A stretch of DNA of 64,000 nucleotides from Mariprofundaceae bacterium. GTDB taxonomy: Bacteria > Pseudomonadota > Zetaproteobacteria > Mariprofundales > Mariprofundaceae. The notes beneath the pieces are model-generated. The model did no database searches, was not told where the DNA came from, and was given only the letters and a program-made list of their open reading frames with translations. The position numbers and the translations under genes are program-made. Shown here one piece after another: positions 1 to 9,095 of the stretch. The stretch is from NCBI GenBank assembly GCA_030950985.1, contig JAUZQM010000041.1, positions 10,379-74,378 of the forward strand, given 5' to 3'. How positions within the stretch are numbered: position 1 is the stretch's first letter; each line of letters begins with the position of its first letter.

Positions 1-1
1 G

Positions 2-628
2 GTGGTGAATATCCCTTTCAAAACATTTGGACAAATTCGCAATGATGCCATTGCTGCCTGTTCTTATGAATGGATTTTTAGTTTGGATGCAGATGAGCGA
101 TGCACCCAAGAATCCCATCAAGAAATGCTTCAAATATTAGAAAATCCACGTGCTGATGCTTATTTTGTGCCACGTCGCAACTGGTTTTTAGGGCGTTGGA
201 TTATGCATTCAGGCTGGTATCCTGATTATCGACAGCCGCAGCTCTTTAGAAAAAACAGCATGCTTTTTAATGCTGAAGATGAAGTCCATGAGTCTTATAC
301 CATTGATGGTAAGATTGATTATCTTCAACAGGATATTATTCAAATTCCTTATAAAGATATGTCGCAACTTATACATAAAGTGCAACGTTACTCCTCATTG
401 GGTGCAGAAAAACTCGAGAGAAATGGTAAACAAGGCGGACTTGGCAAAGGTTTAGCTCATGGTTTATGGAGCTTTTTTAAGCATTATGTGTTGAAGCTTG
501 GGTTCTTGGATGGGCGTGCAGGTTTCATCATTGCTTTGGGTAACTTTGAAGGCACATTTTATCGTTACGCCAAAGCCGCCGAAATTTCAAATAAGTGGAA
601 TAATCATCCACCAACATCCTTGAAATAA
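2..628 (+). CDS. Family 2 glycosyltransferase, C-terminal part (5' end outside window); LPS-core WaaE/KdtX-like
   Basis: Open from the window edge. 'SLDADE' DxD-type motif and 'YFVPRRNWFLGRWIMHSGWYPDYRQPQLFRK' block are typical of the WaaE/KdtX-type GT2 group. An O-antigen-ligase-like gene follows. Confidence 0.7.
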   Translation: MVNIPFKTFGQIRNDAIAACSYEWIFSLDADERCTQESHQEMLQILENPRADAYFVPRRNWFLGRWIMHSGWYPDYRQPQLFRKNSMLFNAEDEVHESYTIDGKIDYLQQDIIQIPYKDMSQLIHKVQRYSSLGAEKLERNGKQGGLGKGLAHGLWSFFKHYVLKLGFLDGRAGFIIALGNFEGTFYRYAKAAEISNKWNNHPPTSLK

Positions 629-641
629 TGTTGCTGAATTA

Positions 642-1871
642 ATGACTATTAAAATCATTGCCACTTTATTCTGTATTGCTTTAATCGTACTACCTTTCTC
701 CATTGCGGCAGGAAACATCTTGTTTGCTTTATCTCTTTTATGGGGTGTCATTTCTAAACATTGGTGGCATGGCGCAGTCAAACTTTGGCAACAAGCTCGT
801 GGGCTCACTGTTTGCTGGTTGGCATATATCATTTTGATGCTTCTAGGACTTTTATGGAGCCCTGATACTGATCGTGGCTGGGTGGTAATTGGTAAGCAAT
901 GGTCTTGGTTGATGATTCCCTTAGTGATAACACTTTGCCAAGATAAACAATGGTTAAACCGTATTTTGTGGAGTCTTTCCATAGGGCTTGGCTTGCACCT
1001 TCTTTTGTGTGTGGCGCAATCTCAAGGCATACCTCTCCCCGTCGCAGCACCCGGTGGTTCATCACAAGCTGATCCAGCGGGTTTGATTGGTCATATCAGT
1101 TTTGGTTTATTGTATGGCATTTGGGCAGCTTGGTTATTGCATTTGGGTTGGCTTCAAAAGAACAACTGGCGTTATGCTTTGTGGGCAGTGAGCTTATGGG
1201 CAGTGGTGATGGTGTTTATCGGACAGGGGCGTAGCGGTTATCTTGTTGTCTTAATATTGACCATGATCATGGCATGGAAACTATGGTTACAGCACCTTAG
1301 TTTTCGCATGTTGCTAGGTTCTCTTGTCGTAATAACTGTGGCTTTAATAACCATTATGATGGGACCTGCAAAAGAGCGTATTCAATGGACTGTCGATAGC
1401 CTAAAAGCATTTTCTCACGGTGATTTACACGATGCAGAGGCTCGTTTATCTTTATGGTATGTATCTTGGGAAGCATGGAAACAATCACCCATCTTGGGTA
1501 TTGGGACAGGTGGTTTTCCAAATGTCACCAAGGCAATTATTGCACAACATAAGAATTTAAATATGGGAGGTCATGATTCCTTTTCAGTACCTCACAATAT
1601 TTACCTTATGGAACTCACACGCTGGGGGCCACTTGGTTTAATCATCCTTTTGTTATGGCTAGGTACATGGATTCGCATGGGTTGGCGAATAGATTGGCAA
1701 GAAGCTCATCAACTATTGATTGCGCTATCGGGTATTGGTTTAGCAACCCATGGTTTCACTTCTCAAGCCGTTGAAGAATACCATGCTAGTATGTATGCAG
1801 GTATATTTTTAGCTATTGGACTTGCTTCTTTGACTTCCACAAACGTTTCAACGGCGAAAAAAGCGAGCTAA
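642..1871 (+). CDS. O-antigen ligase (WaaL/Wzy_C) family membrane protein
   Basis: 409 aa and polytopic. 'GQGRSGYL' and 'PHNIYLMELTRWGPLG' resemble the Wzy_C/WaaL periplasmic-loop motifs. ATG lies 14 nt after the GT2 stop. Confidence 0.65.
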   Translation: MTIKIIATLFCIALIVLPFSIAAGNILFALSLLWGVISKHWWHGAVKLWQQARGLTVCWLAYIILMLLGLLWSPDTDRGWVVIGKQWSWLMIPLVITLCQDKQWLNRILWSLSIGLGLHLLLCVAQSQGIPLPVAAPGGSSQADPAGLIGHISFGLLYGIWAAWLLHLGWLQKNNWRYALWAVSLWAVVMVFIGQGRSGYLVVLILTMIMAWKLWLQHLSFRMLLGSLVVITVALITIMMGPAKERIQWTVDSLKAFSHGDLHDAEARLSLWYVSWEAWKQSPILGIGTGGFPNVTKAIIAQHKNLNMGGHDSFSVPHNIYLMELTRWGPLGLIILLLWLGTWIRMGWRIDWQEAHQLLIALSGIGLATHGFTSQAVEEYHASMYAGIFLAIGLASLTSTNVSTAKKAS

Positions 1872-2940
1872 TTGAATAATAGTTTCCACGACCAGCTTGA
1901 TAAAATAGCCATATTGCCAAGGCAAAGAAACCACCTTGTCCTACCCACATCGACCACCAAGGATAACTGCCATTGGAGACTTTTTGATTCAAGGTCACTT
2001 GTAGATTATAAATCAATAATACCAAGCAAATACCAAGTAAATATGCACCTGTCTTCCCCGAACGCTTGGGGGTGTAAGATAAAGGCAAGGCAAATAGCAT
2101 TAAAATAAACACAGTTGTTGGCACGAGCAAACGTCTATTCCATTCGGCTAAAGCATCCGTACGATCTGTTTCTCGTACCAATTTCCATAAACCTTCCGTG
2201 GTAAATGCCCAATTTTTCATATTAGGCATCTTTAGCATGCCCAAATCGCCCATATTGATGGAAACTTGATAACGCTTGAATGCCAACGAACGAATATCTT
2301 CTCCCTGACCTTCTAAGCGTGTGCCATTAAAAAGCGTGAATTGGAGTTGTTGTGTGGACTTTTCAAGTTTTGCTTTTTCTGCCATATAAATAACGGGGGT
2401 ACTTGTCCGCCTATCCTCAAGTAAAAAATTTTGAAACAAACCATCCTTATCTTTTCCCTTCACATAAATATTAAAATCATCCATGCCTTGGGTAAATCGG
2501 GAAGGCTCAAAATCTGGAGCAGGTTTCATAGTTTGAATGGCTGCAAGTAAACCTTGAAATGTTTTTTGACCTTTGGGCAATAAAACCATGCTTACAAAAG
2601 TCAAACACAACCATGTGATAATGGATAAAACCAAAAGCGAACGAAAAATACGTAAATATGAAAGACCCGATGCTCGAAAAGCATCCATTTCACTACTTTC
2701 ATACAGCTTGAGAATCATGGATTGCATGGCAAAAAAGAATGCCATCGGCACAGTCACCATCAGAAACTCTGGCAAGACTGCTTCCAATAAAGTCAGCATA
2801 AAACCCCATTGCACATCTTTATCGGCAAATAATTCCAATAATTTTAGTGCGCGAGCCAATAACTCGACACCCATCACAATACTTAACATGCCTAAAAAAG
2901 GTGTCAGCCAAAGTTTTATAATATAACGATCTAGAACCAT
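1813..2940 (-). CDS. LptF/LptG (YjgP/YjgQ) family LPS export permease
   Basis: 375 aa. N-terminus 'MVLDRYIIKLWLTPFLGML' plus a central soluble beta-jellyroll-like segment flanked by TM helices is the LptF/G layout. No partner paralog is adjacent. Confidence 0.75.
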   Translation of the reverse strand: MVLDRYIIKLWLTPFLGMLSIVMGVELLARALKLLELFADKDVQWGFMLTLLEAVLPEFLMVTVPMAFFFAMQSMILKLYESSEMDAFRASGLSYLRIFRSLLVLSIITWLCLTFVSMVLLPKGQKTFQGLLAAIQTMKPAPDFEPSRFTQGMDDFNIYVKGKDKDGLFQNFLLEDRRTSTPVIYMAEKAKLEKSTQQLQFTLFNGTRLEGQGEDIRSLAFKRYQVSINMGDLGMLKMPNMKNWAFTTEGLWKLVRETDRTDALAEWNRRLLVPTTVFILMLFALPLSYTPKRSGKTGAYLLGICLVLLIYNLQVTLNQKVSNGSYPWWSMWVGQGGFFALAIWLFYQAGRGNYYSISSLFSPLKRLWKSKKQVQ

Positions 2941-2957
2941 CTCCGAAGCCTAACGCA

Positions 2958-4499
2958 TCAAGCCTGTTTGAACATAAGCCGCCAACCCAAATGATAGCCT
3001 TCAAACAATAGGACAAGTCCTCCCACAGCCATACTGTAAAGACTGATTTGCCATGCCAGCGGTGGACGAATCGCCGATGATAACCACGCCTGATATAATT
3101 CAATACCATGCCATAGAATAGCCGAAGACATAGCTATCAAAAGGGTATGTTGAATGACTTGGATAAGTGTCATACGCTGACATCGCCAGTATTTTTCGAG
3201 TAATATAAAAACAAAAAAATAAATCCATAAAGATAATAATTGAGGAATGGAAATCGTTTTTGCATACTGATATAAAGCAATCAATGGTGCGAATATCATT
3301 TCTTGAATCGTCATATTGTGAATAGGATAAGCAGTCAATGGAATCACCTTCTGACCATGATGCTTGAGTGCATCCATGACTTGAACCTCCAAAGATTCAT
3401 CCTTCAATAAAGGATCAGCTTGAATCAATGTCCAAGTGTTAAGAACGCCTGTCCAACCATGCCAATCATTGGACGCAATCAAGGCAATGCCACGTTCTTT
3501 TTGTGCTTGAAGCATGGCTTGGCGTACATCTTGATGCAAAGAATGATGTCCAAAATTCACAATCTCAAAAGCATCAACACCTGCATCAGCCAGCCCCTTC
3601 ACCTCCTTAGAATCCAGATGAAAAGCCACAACAGCCACCACACCACCATGCTTATGAATCACACCAATCAGTTTTTTGACCGACCATAAATGATCGGGTA
3701 AAGAAGCTGGAGGAAACGGTGTTTTATTGCCTTCATACCAAGCCAATCCATTAGGCAAAGGCGTGCCTTTCTCCATACCCAAAACACTTAAATAGAAATG
3801 TCCGCCATAATAAACAGGAATTTCCATACCTGGCACAGCCTCAGGTGAATTTGCGTAAGCTGGTTGATAATCAATAACTGCTTTTTCAAGGTTAGCGTGA
3901 TTCGTTAAAGCCACAAGATTATAGCCGCGTTGTTGATGAATGGATAAATTATCTTTTAAGGTGACAACACCATCATGAGATAAAAGATTATGACTATGTA
4001 AGTCCGCAATAATCAGACTTTTTTTCTCTTTGTTTAAGCTCGGGTTCGGTAATGGAATAAGCAGGTAAAAAATAAGCAAATAAATAAACCACGCCAATAT
4101 TTTACTAGATGTAATCACTGTTTTTTTTATGCCATATTGTTTTTTAATATTGTAAAAAGCATGGATAAAAATACCTAAAAAGAACCAAAGAAGTATGGCA
4201 ACCATACCCTCTCGAATATCTGGCAAAGTACTGATGATATGGAGAGGGGCGGTTAACGGCTCAAGCCATGATAGCCACCACGATAATGATAGGTGAACAC
4301 CTTCATATGCGGAACCCGTTCGTGCATCCAAGGGCTGGAAAAATGCCTTCCCCCAAAAAATATCAATAAACGTAAGAGAAAACAGAAAAAGAGCGAACAA
4401 TTTTAGCCAATTTGGAATCTCTTGCAGTTGTTTTTTTAATTTCACTCTCGCTCCTTTATCGACGATGCTAGTGCCTCTTTTTAGCCATGAAATTTTCAT
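2958..4499 (-). CDS. Integral membrane protein with central PHP (polymerase/histidinol phosphatase-like) metallo-phosphoesterase domain
   Basis: 513 aa. About 3 N-terminal and 3 or more C-terminal hydrophobic helices flank a soluble domain. The domain carries 'ADLHSHNLLSHDG', 'TNH', 'FHLD', 'NFGHH' and 'NDWHGW' His/Asp motifs. The start could be the GTG near 4446, because only 16 nt separate this start from the divergent start at 4516. Confidence 0.5.
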   Translation of the reverse strand: MKISWLKRGTSIVDKGARVKLKKQLQEIPNWLKLFALFLFSLTFIDIFWGKAFFQPLDARTGSAYEGVHLSLSWWLSWLEPLTAPLHIISTLPDIREGMVAILLWFFLGIFIHAFYNIKKQYGIKKTVITSSKILAWFIYLLIFYLLIPLPNPSLNKEKKSLIIADLHSHNLLSHDGVVTLKDNLSIHQQRGYNLVALTNHANLEKAVIDYQPAYANSPEAVPGMEIPVYYGGHFYLSVLGMEKGTPLPNGLAWYEGNKTPFPPASLPDHLWSVKKLIGVIHKHGGVVAVVAFHLDSKEVKGLADAGVDAFEIVNFGHHSLHQDVRQAMLQAQKERGIALIASNDWHGWTGVLNTWTLIQADPLLKDESLEVQVMDALKHHGQKVIPLTAYPIHNMTIQEMIFAPLIALYQYAKTISIPQLLSLWIYFFVFILLEKYWRCQRMTLIQVIQHTLLIAMSSAILWHGIELYQAWLSSAIRPPLAWQISLYSMAVGGLVLLFEGYHLGWRLMFKQA

Positions 4500-4515
4500 G
4501 TGTTAGCATTGCTGC

Positions 4516-5445
4516 ATGCCTCATTTATCTGTGATCATTCCCGTTTATAAAGCAGAAGACTGTCTGCATGAACTCCACCATCGCCTGATTCAATCACTCG
4601 AGTCTATTACCCAAGACTTTGAATGTCTTCTTATTGAAGACTGCGGTGGTGATCAGTCATGGTCAATCATTCAGGATATTGCGAACACTGACCCCCGTTT
4701 TAAAGGGATTCAATTTAGTCGTAATTTTGGTCAGCATTATGGTATTACCGCAGGTCTCGATCATTGTTCGGGGGATTGGGTTGTGGTCATGGATTGTGAT
4801 TTACAAGATGCACCTGAAGAGATACCAAAACTTTATGAAAAGGCTCAAAAAGGTTTTGAGGTAGTGTTAGCAAAACGCATGAATCGCAAAGACAAAATGG
4901 AAAAGAAACTTTCATCGATAATATTTTACCGTTTATTCAACTATCTAACCAATATGGATTATGATCCATCGGTCGGAAATTTTCGTATTATGTCAGCTAA
5001 AGTTGTGAAAAATTGTCAACATATGAGGGAAGGGCTACGTTTTTTACCGGGTATGATACACTGGTTAGGCTTTCCTTATACACATATTGAAGTCGAACAT
5101 GGTGCTCGTTTTGCAGGTACATCAACGTACACCTTTAGCAAACTCTTAAAGCTAGGTGGCGATACCATTATTGCTTATTCAGACAAACCACTTCGTATGT
5201 CCATTAAGCTCGGTTTTTCTATTGCTGCTTTATCTTTTCTGTTTGGTTTATACCTGTTTATTCACGCACTTCTTTATGATGTACCAGTATTGGGCTGGAG
5301 CAGCCTGATTGTATCACTTTATTTTTTAGGCGGAATTATTATCGCCAACTTGGGGATTATCGGTATTTACCTCGGTAAAACGTTTGAAGAAACAAAAGGA
5401 AGACCTTTGTATATCGTTAACCATACCACTTTCGATGAAAAATAA
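4516..5445 (+). CDS. Polyprenyl-phosphate glycosyltransferase, GT2 (ArnC/GtrB/DPM1-like)
   Basis: 309 aa. 'LSVIIPVYKAE', 'DCDLQDAPEEIP' (DxD) and two C-terminal TM helices match the ArnC/GtrB architecture. Confidence 0.75.
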   Translation: MPHLSVIIPVYKAEDCLHELHHRLIQSLESITQDFECLLIEDCGGDQSWSIIQDIANTDPRFKGIQFSRNFGQHYGITAGLDHCSGDWVVVMDCDLQDAPEEIPKLYEKAQKGFEVVLAKRMNRKDKMEKKLSSIIFYRLFNYLTNMDYDPSVGNFRIMSAKVVKNCQHMREGLRFLPGMIHWLGFPYTHIEVEHGARFAGTSTYTFSKLLKLGGDTIIAYSDKPLRMSIKLGFSIAALSFLFGLYLFIHALLYDVPVLGWSSLIVSLYFLGGIIIANLGIIGIYLGKTFEETKGRPLYIVNHTTFDEK

Positions 5446-6109
5446 CCCTTATTTTTCTCCCACACCTTGGGATAGTCATGTTTTTCATATGCCATGTTTT
5501 GAAATTACCAAGCTTAATGAAGAAGCTCTTCAGATAGCCTGCAAAAATAGCGCACATTACACCATTAAAGTTGATCCTTTAGCGGATAAAAGGCTGCTGC
5601 ATAAATATGGTTTTTATTATACTGATACATTGATTGAGCCACATTGTGCAAAAAAAGATTTCATAACACATGAGCATGCTGCTATCGGTATCATTGAACA
5701 ACCTGAACTTGATCAACTATTACCGATGTGTGATCATAGTTTTTTACATGGTCGCTTTCACCGAGATTTTTTATTATCCCAAAAAGATGCTGATCAACGT
5801 TATAAACAATGGTTAAGCCAACTACATGCTGAAAATCATGTTCTTGGTTTAACGTATGATCATACCTTGGCCGGTTTTATTGCTTATAAAGGCGGCAACC
5901 TTTTACTCCATACCATTGCATCCGATTTTCGTGGTCAAGGTCTCGGTAAATTTTTTTGGAGCTTGGCTATTGAGCATCTTTTGAATAAAGGTGAAACAAA
6001 TATCCAAAGCTCTGTTTCTGGAGCTAACCTAGCAATTTTAAATCTCTATATATCGCTTGGTTTTCGTTTTCATCACCCCATTGATATTTATCATAAATTA
6101 ACAAGGTAA
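5435..6109 (+). CDS. GNAT acetyltransferase, WecD (dTDP-fucosamine acetyltransferase)-like
   Basis: Preferred start is the internal ATG at 5435 (MKNNPYF), which overlaps the upstream stop by 11 nt. 'PTPWDSHVFHMP', 'HGRFHRD...ADQRYKQWL' and the GNAT 'RGQGLG' motif parallel the WecD layout as I recall it. Confidence 0.55.
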   Translation: MKNNPYFSPTPWDSHVFHMPCFEITKLNEEALQIACKNSAHYTIKVDPLADKRLLHKYGFYYTDTLIEPHCAKKDFITHEHAAIGIIEQPELDQLLPMCDHSFLHGRFHRDFLLSQKDADQRYKQWLSQLHAENHVLGLTYDHTLAGFIAYKGGNLLLHTIASDFRGQGLGKFFWSLAIEHLLNKGETNIQSSVSGANLAILNLYISLGFRFHHPIDIYHKLTR

Positions 6110-6115
6110 CCCTTC

Positions 6116-7507
6116 ATGTTTTTATCGCCCAACCCTTCTATTCAAGTCTATAAAATAATGGTTCTGATTGCAGCTTTCTTTATGTTATTACCACTTCCCA
6201 TCATGCAATATGTTGGTGAAGAAGGTCTTATGGCCATCAAATCCTATGAGATGTTTTTAAGTGGGGATTGGTTTCATACAGTGGCTTTGGGTATGTCTTT
6301 TCCACACCCCCCCTTATGGCACTGGCCGGTGATTCTTATCAGCCAAGTTATCGGCTGGGAACATGTCGATATAGCGATTCGATTGGTTTCGGTAATCTCC
6401 ACATGGTTAACGGCAGGGGCTGTTGCATATATGGCGATTTGGCTCTTTCCTAAAGAGGATTCATCAATAGGCTGGTTGGCAGCGCTTATTTATTTAAGTC
6501 TAGGAGAAGTTTGTTTTTGGTATGGTTGGCTTGGTTATATTGATGCTTGTTTTGCTTTATTTATTTTTTCTTCAATAGCCACTTTATGGCGAGCATTCGA
6601 AGATAAATCCGCACGTTGGCTTTGCCTAGCCTTAATTTTAATATCCATCGCCTTTTTGATTAAAAATATTACCGCTTATGCCCTGTTCTTTGCTGCTGGC
6701 TTAGTTTTAATCACACGCCTTAAACGTTGGTCACTGCTAAAAAACCCTTTTTTTATTATCCTGACTTGCTTAGCGATGAGTGTACCAAGCCTTTGGCAAT
6801 CTTTTATTTCATCTGGCGCTGACATAAATACCGCGGGCTCAAGTGTGGATGATATTATACGGAAATTTATAGGCTTTGATCTTTTCAGAGTCCTGAACCA
6901 CTGGCTCACTTACCCTTTTATTTTTATTTTTCGATCTTTACCGCTTGCTCTATTTTTCATTTGGTTGTGGCTGAGGCATAAACAACGTTTTCAATGGGAT
7001 GAACCATTAACCACGCTTGCATTGATATTACTGGTCTGCTTCCTACCTTTCTGGATTTCACCGGGTGGAGGTGCACGCTACCTTATTCCACTTTATGGTT
7101 TTGTAGCACTGTTACTGACAGGTTTGCTATTACAGCTAAATCAACTTCAGCTTAAACAAAGTATTCGGCTCATTGCATTGCTGCTAATGCTTAAACTACC
7201 CTATAGCTTATTGATTTTGCCTTATGTCAAAGATCACATGCCAGAACGTGATATTAAAGCGGTTGCTCGAGAGCTCATCGCGATAAGTCATGACGCTCCT
7301 CTGCGCACACAAAGCGATGTGGCTAATGGTTTATCCATTGCTGCTTATATTGATGTTTGGCAACAGGACAACGCCCCAATTCACTGGTATAACGGTAAAG
7401 AAAAAGGCGTTTATATTTTAGCAGAAGAAGAAACAGATGACTTTGGCGAACTGGTTAAAACATGGCGTTTACGAGGCAGTTTAGTCTATTTGTATAAACA
7501 GGATTAA
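6116..7507 (+). CDS. GT-C fold glycosyltransferase, ArnT/PMT (GT39/GT83-like) family
   Basis: 463 aa with about 11-12 TM helices. First-loop motif 'GEEGLMAIKSYEMFLSGDW...PHPPLWHW' resembles the (D/E)E...PPL..W signature of ArnT/PMT_2 enzymes. A soluble C-terminal domain follows. Confidence 0.65.
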   Translation: MFLSPNPSIQVYKIMVLIAAFFMLLPLPIMQYVGEEGLMAIKSYEMFLSGDWFHTVALGMSFPHPPLWHWPVILISQVIGWEHVDIAIRLVSVISTWLTAGAVAYMAIWLFPKEDSSIGWLAALIYLSLGEVCFWYGWLGYIDACFALFIFSSIATLWRAFEDKSARWLCLALILISIAFLIKNITAYALFFAAGLVLITRLKRWSLLKNPFFIILTCLAMSVPSLWQSFISSGADINTAGSSVDDIIRKFIGFDLFRVLNHWLTYPFIFIFRSLPLALFFIWLWLRHKQRFQWDEPLTTLALILLVCFLPFWISPGGGARYLIPLYGFVALLLTGLLLQLNQLQLKQSIRLIALLLMLKLPYSLLILPYVKDHMPERDIKAVARELIAISHDAPLRTQSDVANGLSIAAYIDVWQQDNAPIHWYNGKEKGVYILAEEETDDFGELVKTWRLRGSLVYLYKQD

Positions 7508-7511
7508 AAAC

Positions 7512-8648
7512 ATGAGTGATACAATGATTCCATTTAATAAACCTTATATGACGGGTGAAGAAACAAAGTACATTCTTGAGGCTCATCAGCATGGTCAACT
7601 AGCGGGAAATGGTCCCTTTACTCAACGTTGTCAAAATTATTTGGAAGAAACAACTGGTGCGGCAAGGGTCTTATTAACCCACTCCTGTACAGCTGCTTTG
7701 GAAATGTCAGCCATTCTACTAAATCTTGAGCCTGGTGATGAAGTCATCATGCCCTCTTACACCTTTGTATCGACAGCCAATGCTTTTGTATTACGCGGAG
7801 CTGTGCCTGTGTTTGTAGATATTCGTGAGGACACACTCAATATTGATGAGACACTCATCGAAGCAGCCATTACGAAAAAAAGCAAAGCCATTGTTGTGGT
7901 CCATTATGCTGGTGTTGCCTGTGAAATGGATAGCATTATGAACATGGCTGAAAAACATCAGTTATATGTCATTGAAGATGCGGCACAGGGCGTGATGTCC
8001 TCTTACAAAGGTCGCCCTTTAGGTAGCATCGGACATATGGCTGCCTTTAGCTTCCATGAAACAAAAAACATTATTTCAGGTGAAGGCGGCGCACTTTTAA
8101 TCAATGATGTAAGTTTCTCCGAACGTGCTGAAATTCTGTGGGAAAAGGGTACCAACCGTAGCAGCTTTTTCCGAGGAGAAGTCGATAAATATACTTGGGT
8201 TGATATCGGCTCATCCTTTTTACCGGGGGAACTGATTGCTGCATTTTTATGGGCGCAGTTAAATCATGCGAATGACATTACCAACAGACGTCTTCAAGTA
8301 TGGGAAGAATATTATCAAGGTTTTTCGGAGTTTGAAAAGCTTGGTATTATTCGACGTCCCCAGATTCCTCAGTGCTGTCAGCATAATGCGCATATGTTTT
8401 ATTTTTTATTAAACAGCTTAGAAGAACGCAGTGCTTTGATAAGCAGTATGAAACAACAAAAAATTATGCTTGTTTTTCATTATGTACCCTTGCATTTATC
8501 TCCAGCAGGTCATAAATACTGTCGAACTTCTGGAGTTTTACCTGTGACTGAAAAAATATCAGAACACTTGGTTCGCCTACCGCTATGGCCCAATCTTGGA
8601 AAAAATCAGAAAAAAGTAATGGATTGTATTCAAGGTTATTTGAAATAA
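7512..8648 (+). CDS. wecE: dTDP-4-amino-4,6-dideoxygalactose transaminase (DegT/DnrJ/EryC1 family, WecE type)
   Basis: 378 aa. Long near-identical blocks to E. coli WecE as recalled: 'VIMPSYTFVSTANAFVLRGA', 'NIDETLIEAAIT', 'HYAGVACEMD', 'FSFHETKN' (PLP lysine), 'EKGTNRSSFFRGEVDKYTW', 'QNAHMFY'. Confidence 0.85.
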   Translation: MSDTMIPFNKPYMTGEETKYILEAHQHGQLAGNGPFTQRCQNYLEETTGAARVLLTHSCTAALEMSAILLNLEPGDEVIMPSYTFVSTANAFVLRGAVPVFVDIREDTLNIDETLIEAAITKKSKAIVVVHYAGVACEMDSIMNMAEKHQLYVIEDAAQGVMSSYKGRPLGSIGHMAAFSFHETKNIISGEGGALLINDVSFSERAEILWEKGTNRSSFFRGEVDKYTWVDIGSSFLPGELIAAFLWAQLNHANDITNRRLQVWEEYYQGFSEFEKLGIIRRPQIPQCCQHNAHMFYFLLNSLEERSALISSMKQQKIMLVFHYVPLHLSPAGHKYCRTSGVLPVTEKISEHLVRLPLWPNLGKNQKKVMDCIQGYLK

Positions 8649-8724
8649 GGGATTTGGAAAATAATTATCTCAATGATTATGTAATACATGGTTGTTGCGC
8701 AAAAGATTTGACTTATAAATATGA

Positions 8725-8840
8725 GAGCTGATCGAGCCAGACGAAACCGCAACGCGCGTATAACTCGCTGCCGCTGCTTCCTTCCGGACCTGACGGGGTT
8801 CACAAGCATCCACCGTGCGGAGCCCAACCCGATCAGCAAC
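8725..8840 (-). ncRNA. ffs: Signal recognition particle RNA (4.5S, small type)
   Basis: Minus strand reads '...CCCCGTCAGGTCCGGAAGGAAGCAGCGGCAGC...', the conserved SRP domain IV core. Closing helix GCTGATCG (8829-8836 rc) pairs with CGATCAGC (8727-8734 rc). Ends are approximate. Confidence 0.8.
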
Positions 8841-8910
8841 TGTAAAAAATCAAAGGTATACTCCCTCTAATTTTTCGAAAATTCATGCACTGCACAAATC
8901 CATCAAACTA

Positions 8911-8998
8911 TGGCGGAGAGAGAGGGATTCGAACCCTCGGTACATTGCTGTACACACGCTTTCCAAGCGTGCTCGTTCGGCCACTCTGACATCTCTCC
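8911..8998 (-). tRNA. tRNA-Ser (anticodon GGA)
   Basis: Reverse complement is GGAGAGATGTCAGAGTGG...CACGC-TTGGAAA-GCGTG, then a long variable arm, GGTTCGAATCC and CTCTCTCCGCCA. Folded by hand into a cloverleaf. Confidence 0.9.
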
Positions 8999-9095
8999 AG
9001 TACATCAACTACAAAAGCATCACATGAAAGATTTATTGTCATTGAAGTATCGAATTATTTTTTTTCAAACAACAAACACATCACTTATATAAAAA

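Noticed and set aside
8636-9092. Three ORF-track ORFs (8636-8839 minus, 8815-9027 plus, 8910-9092 plus) that could be read as small proteins.
   Set aside because: They overlap the SRP RNA and tRNA-Ser/Arg genes. Strings such as 'ERDSNPRY' and 'EREGFEPS' are the usual artefact of translating tRNA T-arms.
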